A DNA stretch of 61,033 nucleotides. Origin: an uncultured virus (IMG/VR IMGVR_UViG_3300025900_000203). Its lineage: Duplodnaviria; Heunggongvirae; Uroviricota; Caudoviricetes. Shown one piece after another: positions 38,898 to 53,832 of this stretch. The stretch's first letter is position 1, and every line of letters begins with the position of its first letter. Where the stretch lies: the IMG/VR virus record IMGVR_UViG_3300025900_000203. The stretch is one strand, 5' to 3'. The notes under the pieces are model-generated. The model did not search any database. It had not been told where the DNA came from and saw nothing but the letters and a program-made list of their open reading frames with translations. The position numbers and the translations under genes are program-made.

Positions 38898-40079
38898 ACG
38901 AGCGCTGGCTACGGAAGGCTCTTCGTGAAAAAGGTCTTTGCGGAGAGCTGCTCGGCGACAACGCTGTTTGTATTCAAGCAGGCGGGCACGACACTGGGAT
39001 CCATGAACAACGCTGGGAAGTTTCCAGCTGCTCCAAAGAAGATCCATACGAAAAAGATTCCCGAGAAACGATCGTGCTCTACCAGGTAACTGATCGAGTT
39101 CGTTACTTCTCGACGAGCGTCGAAGCCCATGCGGCATGGCTCGCCGGCGTTCTCAACGCGCAAGGAGAAGAAGAGGACTGATGCCCAAGTTTAGAAAACG
39201 TCCCGTGGTAATCGACGCGATTCAATGGAATGGCAAAAACGTGGCGGAAGTTTCCGCGTTCCTTGCAGGGTCGACGGCACGCTTCGATGACTCCGGCGGC
39301 TTGAAGATCCCAACGCGCGAAGGTGAGATGCTGGCCAGCATCGGTGACTGGATCATCCGTGGAATCAAGTCGGAGATCTATCCTTGTAAGCCGGAGATCT
39401 TCGAGGCGACCTACGAGTCCGTGGAGCCTGTAAAGGACTGGGTCATCCAGAACATCCACGCCGGCAACGTTGCACAACCTTCTGGTGAATCCACCAAGGA
39501 AGCGCCGACGGCCTACCATTCACCGCGGCTCAAGCGCACGATCATGGACGGACCTGGTAATCGAAGCTCGATTATCGATTGCTCCTGCGGAGCATGCTTC
39601 GACGGCGTCTACGCGTACATCGGGCACGACCGTAGGATGTGCGACTGGTACGCACGACATGCCAGCATTGTGGGCGGTGGTGAGACCGTTGCGAAGATTC
39701 TTCGTCAATACGACGAAGCTCTCGACGTAGCCAGGTATCCGGATCATCCGCGGACACGCGGAAAGAGCGCTGCAACACCGGAAACTATCCTCGATACGCT
39801 GCGCAGCCCATGACCCCGGATGAAAAGAGCCGCGTACGGCGTGACGTCGAATATGAAGGTTTCGACTACACCTTCGAATCTTACGACTTCTACGAAGACA
39901 TCAAGGATCCAGAATTTCACCGCCTGCGCGCCGCCTATCTTCAGGCGAAAGCGGCATTGCAGAGCTACATCGAGGAGCAGCCTACACGCCGCGCTGCGCG
40001 CACACGTTGCTTACGGCCGGAGTGTGACTATCCAGAAGATCACGAAGGTCCATGCTCTCCTAGACTCGGCACACGCTAG
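38894..40079 (+). other. Hypothetical CDSs (38894-39181; 39181-39813 with KFRKRPVVIDAIQW..GDWIIRG..YPCKPEIFEATYE domain; 39810-40079)
   Basis: Coupled plus-strand ORFs. Confidence 0.65.
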
Positions 40080-40117
40080 TCCGGAACTGCCCGAGCAGAC
40101 ACTCGGCGGCGGCGAAA

Positions 40118-40558
40118 CTAGTCGGTCGCGGGAACTGGTGGAAACGCGAAGCTCCACCATCGACATTCCTCGACGAAGTGATCTCTGGCTGCCACGTCGA
40201 GCCGACCATTTGAAAGCACCGTCGCGTAGTCAATCCCCTGCGCGAGCGTGTGACCTTCAACGTCAACGCCCACTCCTGCGGGTGGATGGGCCACCTGCGC
40301 ATGCGTGAGCCACCACAGGCGTGAGGGAAAGAACCAAGAAGTGCCATCCTCTGCGAAGCCGATCGGAAAATCGAAATACCGATCGCGGTCCTTTCGTTGT
40401 GAACGGATCGCGACCGTCCAGAAATTTTGGATCCACGGTTTGGCGAGATGCACGCTGATCATGCTGCGAACAGAGGCCGGCAACGAAGCATCGACGAGGA
40501 AGCGATGCTTGCGGTCCTGCAAGAGCTCCGCAGCGATCTGCGCGATCTGAATGCGCAA
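40118..40558 (-). CDS. Hypothetical protein
   Basis: 146 aa ORF downstream of the phosphatase. Confidence 0.5.
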   Translation of the reverse strand: MRIQIAQIAAELLQDRKHRFLVDASLPASVRSMISVHLAKPWIQNFWTVAIRSQRKDRDRYFDFPIGFAEDGTSWFFPSRLWWLTHAQVAHPPAGVGVDVEGHTLAQGIDYATVLSNGRLDVAARDHFVEECRWWSFAFPPVPATD

Positions 40559-40565
40559 GGAGACC

Positions 40566-41048
40566 TCAAGTCTTGGCGGAGCGGAGATCGATCACGGCGC
40601 GGAGTAGTCCTTCGAACGAAGGATTCGACAGCGCCAAAACTCCTCGAGCTTGACGAATCCGCGTAACGATTTCATCGGCAGACATGCCGAAAACATCGTG
40701 CATGGCGAGAGCTGCCACGAGAGAGGACCGATTGAGCCCCATCTGACACGTCGCGAGCACGCGCCGCCCAGCTCGGAGCCGCCGCGCAACACGGTTCGCG
40801 GTTCGTGTCGCAAGCGCGATTTCGTCCAGCCGCATCAACCGCCTCGGATCATCGTCGAGTGGTGCGTGAATGATTTCGGTGTCCGGAAACAGCGCGGCGG
40901 GAAGTTGATATTCTTGCGCCGCCAGCACGATCACATCGATGCCAGGAATACTTCCAGGCTTTGGCTTACTGCCTACCCAAAGCCCGGGGGCTACTTCGCT
41001 CATCTCTGCGCGATCATCGCTGGGATAGACACCATGCATGGGCTTCAT
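40566..41048 (-). CDS. Dual-specificity / tyrosine phosphatase
   Basis: EVAPGLWVGS, PLDD, and the CX5R loop VLATCQMGLNRSS. Confidence 0.88.
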   Translation of the reverse strand: MKPMHGVYPSDDRAEMSEVAPGLWVGSKPKPGSIPGIDVIVLAAQEYQLPAALFPDTEIIHAPLDDDPRRLMRLDEIALATRTANRVARRLRAGRRVLATCQMGLNRSSLVAALAMHDVFGMSADEIVTRIRQARGVLALSNPSFEGLLRAVIDLRSAKT

Positions 41049-41153
41049 CTTAGTACCGCGTTCAGCGTCGTTCGATCGCGCGCACGCTGATCAAGATCAG
41101 TAGCACGAGGAAGGCGATCGAGAGCACGATCGTCATGTCCGCTTCGTCCTGGC

Positions 41154-42146
41154 TCATAGCTCTTCGTTCCAGCCGTCTGGATCGACAGGGACGAGGCCTG
41201 CCTTCGTCATCTCGAAGCGTCCCACCACGTTGGTAGCGCCAAAACGATTCTTCCCAGTAGCACAGCGCAGAATGCGCTCGTTGCCTTCAAGCTTCAAGCC
41301 GCAGGACAGCTCAATCACGACATCCACATCATGCTCGATCGTCTTGGGACCTTGGATGTCACCGTCCGATGTCACGTGGCCGATCAACCAAACCGTCGTG
41401 TCCGTGGTCTTCGCATAACGAACGAGCCTGGCCGTACACTCCTTGAGCTGTCCTGTCGATCCGGCGCGGCCGTTGACGTCTTCACAGACCATCTTTTGGA
41501 TCGAGTCGATCGCGATGGTGCGCGCGCGCATCGCGCGGGCGTAGGCGAAGATCTTCTCGAGATTGCTCTCGGCGAGCACGAAGAGTTGCTTGGACACCGC
41601 ACCGATCCGCCGTGCCGTACCTGCTACCTGGGCCGTCGTCTCTTCACCCGTCACGTAGAGACACCGATGCCCAAGTCCGACGAGCATCTGAAGCGTCAGG
41701 CTCGTCTTCCCACTGCCTGGAAGTGCGGAGAGCAGCACGACGGATGCCACGACGAGCCCGCCTCCAAGCACCTCATCGAGCGGTGAAATTCCTGTGGAGT
41801 CTCGGATGAAGGATTCTTCCTCGATGTCCGAGATAGGGACAGGCCCATTCGGCAAGATATCGATCAGCTCGTTCCGCGGATCGGTCAACTCTGGCTCGGG
41901 GGCTCTGGCGATCGTGAGCCGAGGCCGCTCCAGCACGACGACAGGGAGATCGATCGGCGACGCGCGCGATGCCATTGACATAACCGCGCTCGTCGTCATC
42001 TTGAGCCCTTCTAGCGAATGACATCCCGCGCAGCGGGCTGCCCATGCGCGATGGGCATGTCCACACGCTGTGCAAACGAATAATCGCGACGGGCTTGTTG
42101 GATCATTCACCTCGGTACCGCGTGGAGGCGTCGGGTCCTGCTTCAC
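41154..42146 (-). CDS. radA: RadA/Sms-like ATPase lacking the C-terminal Lon-like domain
   Basis: C4 zinc finger FVCTACG..RCAGC, LDEVLGGG, PGSGKT, YVTGEE, IDSIQ, GHVT..GPKTIEHDVD, KNRFG; TACGGT-N6-GTG at 42146. Confidence 0.88.
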   Translation of the reverse strand: MKQDPTPPRGTEVNDPTSPSRLFVCTACGHAHRAWAARCAGCHSLEGLKMTTSAVMSMASRASPIDLPVVVLERPRLTIARAPEPELTDPRNELIDILPNGPVPISDIEEESFIRDSTGISPLDEVLGGGLVVASVVLLSALPGSGKTSLTLQMLVGLGHRCLYVTGEETTAQVAGTARRIGAVSKQLFVLAESNLEKIFAYARAMRARTIAIDSIQKMVCEDVNGRAGSTGQLKECTARLVRYAKTTDTTVWLIGHVTSDGDIQGPKTIEHDVDVVIELSCGLKLEGNERILRCATGKNRFGATNVVGRFEMTKAGLVPVDPDGWNEEL

Positions 42147-42165
42147 GGCTCCACCGTAGCGCGGA

Positions 42166-42235
42166 GCAGTACAGATCGTCATCCAGCTTCGTGGCCATCC
42201 GCAGTACAGATCGTCATCCAGCTTCGTGGCCATCC
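42166..42235. repeat. Perfect 35-bp tandem duplication
   Basis: gcagtacagatcgtcatccagcttcgtggccatcc x2, containing the stop codon of 42214-42624. Confidence 0.95.
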
Positions 42236-42624
42236 ACCGCGGAGATCTCTAGTCGCGGTGCGAGGTGCCGAAGGTGCGGAGCCAGCACGACACGCGCTCC
42301 ATCGTTTTGAAGTTCCCGCGCACTTTCCACGACGGCCTCTTCGTAGGCCGTGGTCGTTGGATAGCCACGCTCCTCCGCGAGCTGCGCGAGCGTCAACGGC
42401 TGTGTAGGCGCCACCACCGTGAGATCCGAGGTAGGTAACGTCGGCTGCGGAACTGGAACTGGAACCTCGGAAACTTCGACGATGTCGGAGCGTCGTGGCC
42501 ATTTGTACCAGACCACCGCGCCGACACCGACGACGAGCGCGATCTTGAACCATCGGCTTGGCCGAGAGCCTTGCGACTCGAGCTGACCTTCACCGTAAAA
42601 GCCGCGTCCGTAACCCGCTTTCAT
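42214..42624 (-). CDS. Membrane-anchored hypothetical protein
   Basis: TM segment IALVVGVGAVVW; TACACT-N7-ATG. Confidence 0.65.
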   Translation of the reverse strand: MKAGYGRGFYGEGQLESQGSRPSRWFKIALVVGVGAVVWYKWPRRSDIVEVSEVPVPVPQPTLPTSDLTVVAPTQPLTLAQLAEERGYPTTTAYEEAVVESARELQNDGARVVLAPHLRHLAPRLEISAVDGHEAG

Positions 42625-42639
42625 CCGGTACAGTGTACT

Positions 42640-43062
42640 CTACCCGTTGCTGAGCTGAAGGTTGCTGCTGCGCTTCGGCTCTTCCTTCGGCAGTGCTTCG
42701 ACGAAGTCGATCGCGGCTTGGCATAGGTTCGCCATGCCTTCCCGTACGATCCCAACTTCAGCGTCGACGCCATGACGGGCTGCCGCGTAGGCAAGAGCGG
42801 CGATCTGCAGACCTTCGCTCCGGGTTTGCGGATGGAGCCGCCGCCCCTTGGCCAGGGACCCCGGCAACGTCTCCACAAACTCCAGCGCAAGCTTGCAGAG
42901 TCGCTCGACACCTTCCCGCACGAGCTCTTCATGCGCGTCGATGCCATGCCGCGAAGCCGCGTATCCAACAGCCGCTAGCTTGAGCCGTTGCCGACCACGC
43001 CCCGCGGCAAGAGAGTCGCCGTTGGCGCTGCCAGTGCCGATGGAGCGAGGAGTGGGCGGCAT
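42640..43062 (-). CDS. Hypothetical protein with an internal duplication
   Basis: LKLAAVGYAASRHGIDA..LCKLALEFVETLP repeats as LQIAALAYAAARHGVDA..LCQAAIDFVEALP. Confidence 0.7.
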   Translation of the reverse strand: MPPTPRSIGTGSANGDSLAAGRGRQRLKLAAVGYAASRHGIDAHEELVREGVERLCKLALEFVETLPGSLAKGRRLHPQTRSEGLQIAALAYAAARHGVDAEVGIVREGMANLCQAAIDFVEALPKEEPKRSSNLQLSNG

Positions 43063-43140
43063 CGATCACGATCTGTAGCACGAACCAAAGATCGACGTGG
43101 CGGTCGTCAGATCCTAGGGGCATGAGCCGTCCTAGAGGAT

Positions 43141-43761
43141 GTGAAGGACGACGATCTCGATGTGGCCTTTGATGCTTGGACAAGCGGTGACGCGGTGGCT
43201 CTCTCCGCCATGGGGGTCACAAGCGCGAGAGATCTCATCGCTGTTGCCGAGCGCATACATCGACGCGGCGATCCTGCCGCAGCGCGGCGCGTGTTCAAAG
43301 CCGCCCGCAAGCGAGATCCTCGCGTACCGCTTTTAGGAAACGAACGTGTTTTGGCATCGCGTCGATACGGAACAGTCAAACGCGAGATCGCCGACTTGCT
43401 GGACTGGAATCCGCGATTCCTTCGGGTGTCCATCTACACGCCGCGCTCAGTGACCTCGAGCGCAATGCGGATCATCCGCTGCAATGTCGCTCCGACGACT
43501 GCCTGGTTTGGCTGGTGGACAGAAGAAGACATGGTGACCGCAGCGCGACGGCTCGCCTGGCACAACATCATGGCGGACGCGGTCGTCGACTCGTGGGAAA
43601 CAAACGAACGGATCGATCGGCGCGGAATCACAGCAGCGGCCGTCGAATACGTCGATCGAATGCTCGCGGACAAGGGTATCGGCGAATTGTTTGGCACCCC
43701 TGGTCACCATCGCGTGACCGCCAGCGGCTTCGCAATCGTCGAGGGCGAGTGGGTCTGGTAA
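43141..43761 (+). CDS. Hypothetical protein
   Basis: 206 aa ORF with an SD-like GAGG. Confidence 0.6.
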   Translation: MKDDDLDVAFDAWTSGDAVALSAMGVTSARDLIAVAERIHRRGDPAAARRVFKAARKRDPRVPLLGNERVLASRRYGTVKREIADLLDWNPRFLRVSIYTPRSVTSSAMRIIRCNVAPTTAWFGWWTEEDMVTAARRLAWHNIMADAVVDSWETNERIDRRGITAAAVEYVDRMLADKGIGELFGTPGHHRVTASGFAIVEGEWVW

Positions 43762-43791
43762 GCGGCTACGATTACGAAGTAGGATCGCCCT

Positions 43792-44109
43792 ATGTCGGCT
43801 CAGCTGAAACACTGGAAGGCTATCGCCGCGAGCAATCCGGGACAGCTGATCCGCGAGCTTTCGTACGGCAACCTTCCATCGTGGGAGCTGTCGTTCGCAG
43901 CCGAAGCCGCAGGCGCTGTGCCTGCCGCGCGCGAAGCGTTACTCGGGCTGCTGGGTCACCATTCACCCACCGTGCGCGAGGGCGCGATCTACGGGTTGTC
44001 CCGGCAGATCGACGACGATCCGAAGATCCGTGAGCTGCTTGTCATGCTCGCCAGGGCAGATCGATCGGGCTCGGTACGTGAAGCGGCTACCGAGGCACTC
44101 AGCCCGTAA
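43792..44109 (+). CDS. HEAT-repeat-like protein
   Basis: LLGHHSPTVREGAIYGL..DRSGSVREAATEAL. Confidence 0.75.
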   Translation: MSAQLKHWKAIAASNPGQLIRELSYGNLPSWELSFAAEAAGAVPAAREALLGLLGHHSPTVREGAIYGLSRQIDDDPKIRELLVMLARADRSGSVREAATEALSP

Positions 44110-44186
44110 GGTTTCTGGCTCGCGCCACCTTACAAGCACGCCGAAGCACTCAGCCAGTGAGGTTTCTGGCGAGCCACCTTACAAGC
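44090..44186. repeat. Imperfect ~47-bp tandem duplication of a gene 3' end
   Basis: ccgaggcactcagcccgtaaggtttctggc..ccaccttacaagc versus ccgaagcactcagccagtgaggtttctggc..ccaccttacaagc. Confidence 0.85.
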
Positions 44187-44203
44187 GAGCTATGCTCGCG
44201 GCT

Positions 44204-44674
44204 GTGAAGAAATCGGCTGCTCAACTCGATCGCGAAATCCACGCAGCATTGCATGCTCCGGCACATGCCCGCGCACGTACAACGCGCGACGAATACATCG
44301 TGCAAGGGAACTACGGCTACGGTGACGGCTGGGAAGATCTCACCGCTGAAGAAACACGCAAAGAAGCACTTCAGCGTCTCCGTGAGTATCGTGAGAACGA
44401 AGGCGGGACACCGTTCCGCTTGATCAAGCGTCGGCAGAAGATCGCTGGGACCTCAGCTCCGGCACACGCAAGCAAGAAGAAACTGGAGCCTGCGGAGGCC
44501 AAGCTCCTGCTCCAAGCTGGAGGTATCGACTTCTCTCGAGACTTTCACGCACTCTCAAGCAACGAAGTCGATCTGATCCTCGCGACAGCAAAGTCTGCAG
44601 GCTATCGCAAGCGCAAGGACGCTCCTGGATCCACAGCCCGCATGTTCTACCAGTACCTCGCGCGGCTTCGGTAG
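44204..44674 (+). CDS. KSxAQLDxEI-motif two-module protein
   Basis: TATGCT-N7-GTG; MKKSAAQLDREIHAAL, with AHAR and AHAS sites separating two small domains. Confidence 0.75.
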   Translation: MKKSAAQLDREIHAALHAPAHARARTTRDEYIVQGNYGYGDGWEDLTAEETRKEALQRLREYRENEGGTPFRLIKRRQKIAGTSAPAHASKKKLEPAEAKLLLQAGGIDFSRDFHALSSNEVDLILATAKSAGYRKRKDAPGSTARMFYQYLARLR

Positions 44675-44948
44675 CGATGCTGACGGCATGGGGTGTGTTG
44701 AGCTTCGGTGAAGCGGTCAAGCCGGCACCCTTCTGCGACTGCCCACCATCGCAAGCGACGCTGGATTTGCACCTTCGCCAATGCTCGTTGACTGATCCGC
44801 TTCGAGAATCTCCGCAACGTATGCGGGATCGATGAGAGGCTGTGCCGGCCCAGTATCCCGAATGAGCAGTTGTGTCTTCCCAACGATTTTGAAGAACTTC
44901 ATGACTGCTCCCTATACTTGGTTATGCGATACAGATCACACACACGCG

Positions 44949-45563
44949 TTAGAGCTTCGACACGATGAGCATGTCCGCCTTGGGGCGGCTCACGAAGAAG
45001 TAGGGATTGTCGCCGAGGATCGCGAGCAACTCGTCACGACATTCACCGTAGCCAAGTCGCGGCTGATTCAGATCGAGGCGGTTCACATCCTCGATGATGT
45101 AGAGGCCGTGGCCCGCCGCGAGATGTGGCCAGAGGTTTCGCAGCGACGCGAGCTGGTGCGGAACGAGATGCGATCCATCGTCGATGATGATCCGAAATCT
45201 CTCTGAGTTTGGAAGCAGTACCTGTGCGACCTGATCCGTCTTCGTCGAATCGACCAGGTGCGTCTCGATTCGGGGTTCATCAACGATCATCGTATCTGGC
45301 TGCACATCGAACCCCACGATGCGCGCGTGCTCGAAGTAGTCCCGCCACGCACGAAGCGACGCGCCCGGACGATAGCCCGGGAGATCGTGACCGTACATCG
45401 ACGAGTGTGCACCCGGAGTGACGGTGCCGATACCGATCTCGAGCAACGTGAACGCTTCGTAGCGACGCGCCTTGAAGAGCGCGTGGTAGATCGGGCCGTA
45501 GCTGTTCTGACTATGCTTGTCGGACGCGTGCTGATTGAGAAGCTCGATGAGGTCTGGCTTCAC
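44949..45563 (-). CDS. Class I SAM-dependent methyltransferase (sugar O-methyltransferase-like)
   Basis: SDK..Y..IY, LLEIGIG, GASLRAWRDYF..IVGFDV, IIIDDGSH, GLYIIED. Confidence 0.85.
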   Translation of the reverse strand: MKPDLIELLNQHASDKHSQNSYGPIYHALFKARRYEAFTLLEIGIGTVTPGAHSSMYGHDLPGYRPGASLRAWRDYFEHARIVGFDVQPDTMIVDEPRIETHLVDSTKTDQVAQVLLPNSERFRIIIDDGSHLVPHQLASLRNLWPHLAAGHGLYIIEDVNRLDLNQPRLGYGECRDELLAILGDNPYFFVSRPKADMLIVSKL

Positions 45564-45916
45564 GCGCGACCATACCGATCTTGGAGGCGGACGACATCAT
45601 CGAGCTCCGGCGTCGACACCTCGAGCACCTCCGTGTCTTCGATCGCGGTCATCCGATGCCGCAACCCGGGCGTGATGCGGAAAGGCATACGAGGTCCCAA
45701 GACGACTTCCTGCGGCTCTTCGCCTTCCGCGAAAAATTCGAAGCGCAGCTGGCCGTCGAGCACCATGATCGTTTCGTCTTTGACCTGGTGGTATTGGAGC
45801 GAAAGCGATTCGCCGCCGCGTACGTGGAGAATCTTGCCGACGTAGCGATCGGTCACAGACCAAATCAGCTCGTGACCCCAAGGCTTGTTGACGATCTTCG
45901 GTACTGCGGATGTCAT
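45560..45916 (-). CDS. Cupin (mannose-6-phosphate isomerase type II C-terminal-like)
   Basis: VNKPWGHE..YVGKILHV..LSLQYHQVKDET..PGLRHRM..LEVSTPELDDVVRLQDRYGR. Confidence 0.88.
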   Translation of the reverse strand: MTSAVPKIVNKPWGHELIWSVTDRYVGKILHVRGGESLSLQYHQVKDETIMVLDGQLRFEFFAEGEEPQEVVLGPRMPFRITPGLRHRMTAIEDTEVLEVSTPELDDVVRLQDRYGRA

Positions 45917-45941
45917 GCTCGCGCGACCTTAGCACTCCTCA

Positions 45942-49370
<3,429 letters not shown>

Positions 49371-49374
<4 letters not shown>

Positions 49375-50180
49375 GTGGCCTCAGTGATCTGTCACCTGGG
49401 TCCTTCGGTATGGGCACGGGCACCCGAGGCACGTTGGTCTCGGGCACGCGTGTTCAGATCCAAGACGACAACAGCGGATCCGGATCGACGCCTGTCTTGA
49501 CCTTCGCAGCGGAAACACCGCGCACGCATCCGTTCGCGATGTATCGAACAGGGCACATCTTCCTGTGGGGAAGCAACGATAGCCCGGGCGTCGGAGCGGA
49601 TTCGTCGTCGAGCGACGATACGCACCCACAAGCGTCGGCTTGGTTCACTGGAACCGTGTCCTCCACCGCGCACGTCACCGCGACGTCCGGCGGGGCGATC
49701 TTGTTCTGTGTGCTCACAGCGACGAGCCACAAACGAATCTACGATGTCACGTGGCGCATCCCGATCTTGAGCACGGGCGCGGAACAATTCTTCTGCCGCC
49801 ATGGCTACGTCAGCCAGTTCTTCGGAGCGTCGGTGACCAACGGCGCGTGGATGGAGATCGACAGCTTCGTCAGCGGTAACGCGAAGTTGATCACCTCTGC
49901 GGCAGGTGTCCAGACGGTGACGGACACGGGCGTGACGATCGTGGCAGGTCAGTGGTACCGCACGCGAATCGAGATCACCAACAACACCAAGGTGGATTGC
50001 TGGGTAGTTACCGAGAACACGACGCTCGGCGCCCCGACAGTCTCCAACACGACGAACATCCCGAGTGGCACGGGTCAGGGCTTGGTGCCCAACTCGATGA
50101 TGGAGAAGGTCGCAGGATTTGCATCGCGCGAATCGGATAACATCTACTTCTTCTGCGGCATGGACCGCTATGCTGCTTGA
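49371..50180 (+). CDS. Beta-sandwich protein paralogous to the 47227 C-terminal domains
   Basis: IPILSTG..F..G..WMEIDS..TDTGVTI..TNIPSG. Confidence 0.7.
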
Positions 50181-50878
50181 GCCCTGAGAGGATTTACGCC
50201 ATGACCATCACCCTTCAAGAAGTCAAAGCTCTCGTTCACGCACATCTGGCGAAGCACCCCGAGGTCGCGGCGAAACTCGAAGTCTCGATGCCGACAGTGC
50301 ACAGCGCGACGTACGACGAAGACGCGGATGGGAAGCACGTCCCGCGGATCGGTCCCGATGACGAAGCGATCAAGCACCCCATCACCCGCATCGAGCTAAA
50401 GCTCGGCCGCACGACGCAAGTGATCCCGCTCGTCGAGGGCAACGGATCAACGCACACGATGACGCCGCGATCGCGCGAGTCGCTTGAAGCGATCATCAAG
50501 CAACAGATCGGCTACGCGATCATCGAAGCTACGAAGAAGCCGATGACACTCGAAGAGTATCGGGCAGACCAACGTCAGCGCGACGTCGAGGCCGCCGAGC
50601 GCGCGCGCGTCAGACGTGCGGCACACGAAGCTGAGCGCCGCGCGTCATTGACGCAAGCGCAGCGCGAGCAAGAAGACTTCGTGGCCACGCACAAGGAGCA
50701 CGACTACCACACGACGGTCGGGACGTTGGGAGATCCGGGGGCGTTCCTTCGTGCAGCGGCTTCTCTCGGTGCGATCTCCGAAGAGAAAGCTGCGGAGGAT
50801 CACGAAAAGCTCAAGGCGTGGGAGAAACGATCGAACGACTATCGCAACCCGCCGTCGAGCGACGAAGAGAAACCGTAG
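50177..50878 (+). CDS. Hypothetical coiled-coil protein
   Basis: 233 aa ORF coupled to the upstream gene. Confidence 0.6.
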   Translation: MSPERIYAMTITLQEVKALVHAHLAKHPEVAAKLEVSMPTVHSATYDEDADGKHVPRIGPDDEAIKHPITRIELKLGRTTQVIPLVEGNGSTHTMTPRSRESLEAIIKQQIGYAIIEATKKPMTLEEYRADQRQRDVEAAERARVRRAAHEAERRASLTQAQREQEDFVATHKEHDYHTTVGTLGDPGAFLRAAASLGAISEEKAAEDHEKLKAWEKRSNDYRNPPSSDEEKP

Positions 50879-50928
50879 TCGCGGCGCTATTCGACCCGCT
50901 CGACGATCGAAGCCGCAGCCCTATTCGC

Positions 50929-51819
50929 CTATTCAACCCACTCGACGATCACGAGCCCGTCCGTCCCAACACCGCCCGTAGCTCCTTTGCCCCCAGCGGA
51001 TCCTGTAGCGGCGAGGGTGCCGCCACCGCCACCGCCACCACCTCCAGTGCCGCCGCCCCCGGCTGCTGCGGCAGTGATGCTTCCAGGTGCATCCCCACCA
51101 GCGGCACCTGAAGCGCCACCGTTTCCACCGTTGCTGCCTGTCGCGTTGGCATCGGCATCACCAGGATTGCCCGGCACGCTCGCGCCACCACCGCCACCGC
51201 CACCAGCGCCGCCATTTGTTCCGACGGTTCCCGAGGCACCGTAGTTGAAGAATGGCGCCATCGCGCCACTCGGGGCGGTCGAGCTGGATCCGTCCACGCC
51301 TGCAGCACCGCCTGGGGCTCCTGTTCCTGGAGTCTCACCAAAGGCACCGACGCGGCTGCCATTCGCGATAATACCGCCGGCTGCAAGAGAGCCTGCACGC
51401 CCGCCGTTACCGCCCGACGTGCCGTTCCATCGTGCGAGCGCGACAAGGCCGGGAAAGGTTTCGAAGGTCGAGTTGGTTCCGTTGCCGCCGCTCGAGCCGC
51501 CCGTGCCTGTGGAGCCACCCGCTGCAGCCGTACCGCCCGCGCCGCCCGCACCACCAGATCCTTTGGCACCCGCAACCGCGAGATACACAGAGCCCGGAGT
51601 CACCGTAACCACCACACGCGTCAGTGGATAAGAACCTCCCGGGGTGCCTGCACCGCCGCCGCCCGCACCCGCGCCCGTACTACCACCGCCACCGCCACCA
51701 CCTCCGCCTCCGCCCCCCGTACCGCCACGTCCCCAGAGCGTGATTTGAGTGACTCCAGCTGGGGCGGTCCATTGCGTCCCCGCTGTAGCGGTGAATGAAA
51801 CGCGGCGAAGTCGCGACAT
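50929..51819 (-). CDS. Glycine-rich virion-type protein
   Basis: WTAPAGVT..GRGG(G)n..V.PG.VY..G.V.VEWVE; paralog of the adjacent gene. Confidence 0.8.
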   Translation of the reverse strand: MSRLRRVSFTATAGTQWTAPAGVTQITLWGRGGTGGGGGGGGGGGGSTGAGAGGGGAGTPGGSYPLTRVVVTVTPGSVYLAVAGAKGSGGAGGAGGTAAAGGSTGTGGSSGGNGTNSTFETFPGLVALARWNGTSGGNGGRAGSLAAGGIIANGSRVGAFGETPGTGAPGGAAGVDGSSSTAPSGAMAPFFNYGASGTVGTNGGAGGGGGGGASVPGNPGDADANATGSNGGNGGASGAAGGDAPGSITAAAAGGGGTGGGGGGGGGTLAATGSAGGKGATGGVGTDGLVIVEWVE

Positions 51820-52679
51820 TACTCCACCCACTCGATGATGAGTGCCCCTGCAGTACCAGCACCGCCCGTTGCACCGGCTCCACCATTTGAGCCCGTGGTG
51901 GCTTTCAAGCCCCCACCTCCTCCGCCAGCGCCGCCGACACCACCCGATCCTGTGATGCCGGCTGCCGCTGGCGATGTCGGGGCATTACTTCCGTCTGCTC
52001 CCGACGCGCCCCCCGCACCGCCGTTGCTTCCTGCCGGAGGCGTCGCATCACCACCGATCGCCGAGGAAGAGCCACCGCCTCCACCACCGCCGCTAGCACC
52101 ACCAGCAGCACCACCACTTCCTGATGCAGGCACGAGCCAGAAGGGCGAGATCGCACCGAGCGAGCTACCTCCGTTGCCGCCAGCCGTGTTCACGAGCCCG
52201 CCGCTGCCCCCTGTGCCAGCCGTAATCCCGTAGAGACCGTTGGCGCCCGCTTGGCCAGCACCTGTCGTGGCGAGTCCGCCAGCACCACCACCAGCACCGC
52301 CGGCACCAGGATTGAACTGTGCCAGTGAACCAAATGTCGTAGCCGTACCTGCGTTACCCGCAGTACCTGGGGTGCCTGTGGCACCACCTGCCGCTGCGAC
52401 TGCTCCAGCACCCCCGCCACCACCAGATCCGCCACCACCAATCGTGATGGCGTAGACGGTGCCAGGTACAACGGTCACAGGATACGCGATCGTCGGGCAC
52501 GACCCGCCAGTGCCTCCAGCCCCACCCCCTCGAGCGGCGGCAGCTGTGCTGCCACCGCCACCGCCACCTCCTCCACCTCCACCGCCAGAACCGCCACGGC
52601 CGTGCAGCGTAACGAGGGTGACTCCTGCCGGAGCTGTCCAGTTACCTGTAGAGGCAACGAATCGAGTGATTTTTGCCAT
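51819..52679 (-). CDS. Glycine-rich virion-type protein
   Basis: GNWTAPAGVT..VVPGTVYAITIG..GALIIEWVE. Confidence 0.8.
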   Translation of the reverse strand: MAKITRFVASTGNWTAPAGVTLVTLHGRGGSGGGGGGGGGGGGSTAAAARGGGAGGTGGSCPTIAYPVTVVPGTVYAITIGGGGSGGGGGAGAVAAAGGATGTPGTAGNAGTATTFGSLAQFNPGAGGAGGGAGGLATTGAGQAGANGLYGITAGTGGSGGLVNTAGGNGGSSLGAISPFWLVPASGSGGAAGGASGGGGGGGSSSAIGGDATPPAGSNGGAGGASGADGSNAPTSPAAAGITGSGGVGGAGGGGGGLKATTGSNGGAGATGGAGTAGALIIEWVE

Positions 52680-52688
52680 TCTAGATCT

Positions 52689-53819
<1,131 letters not shown>

Positions 53820-53832
53820 CTATACCGCTTGA

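Noticed and set aside
42166..42235. 35-bp repeat as a CRISPR array
   Set aside because: Only two adjacent copies with no spacer, and no cas genes; the same applies to the repeats at 44090, 54245 and 55115.
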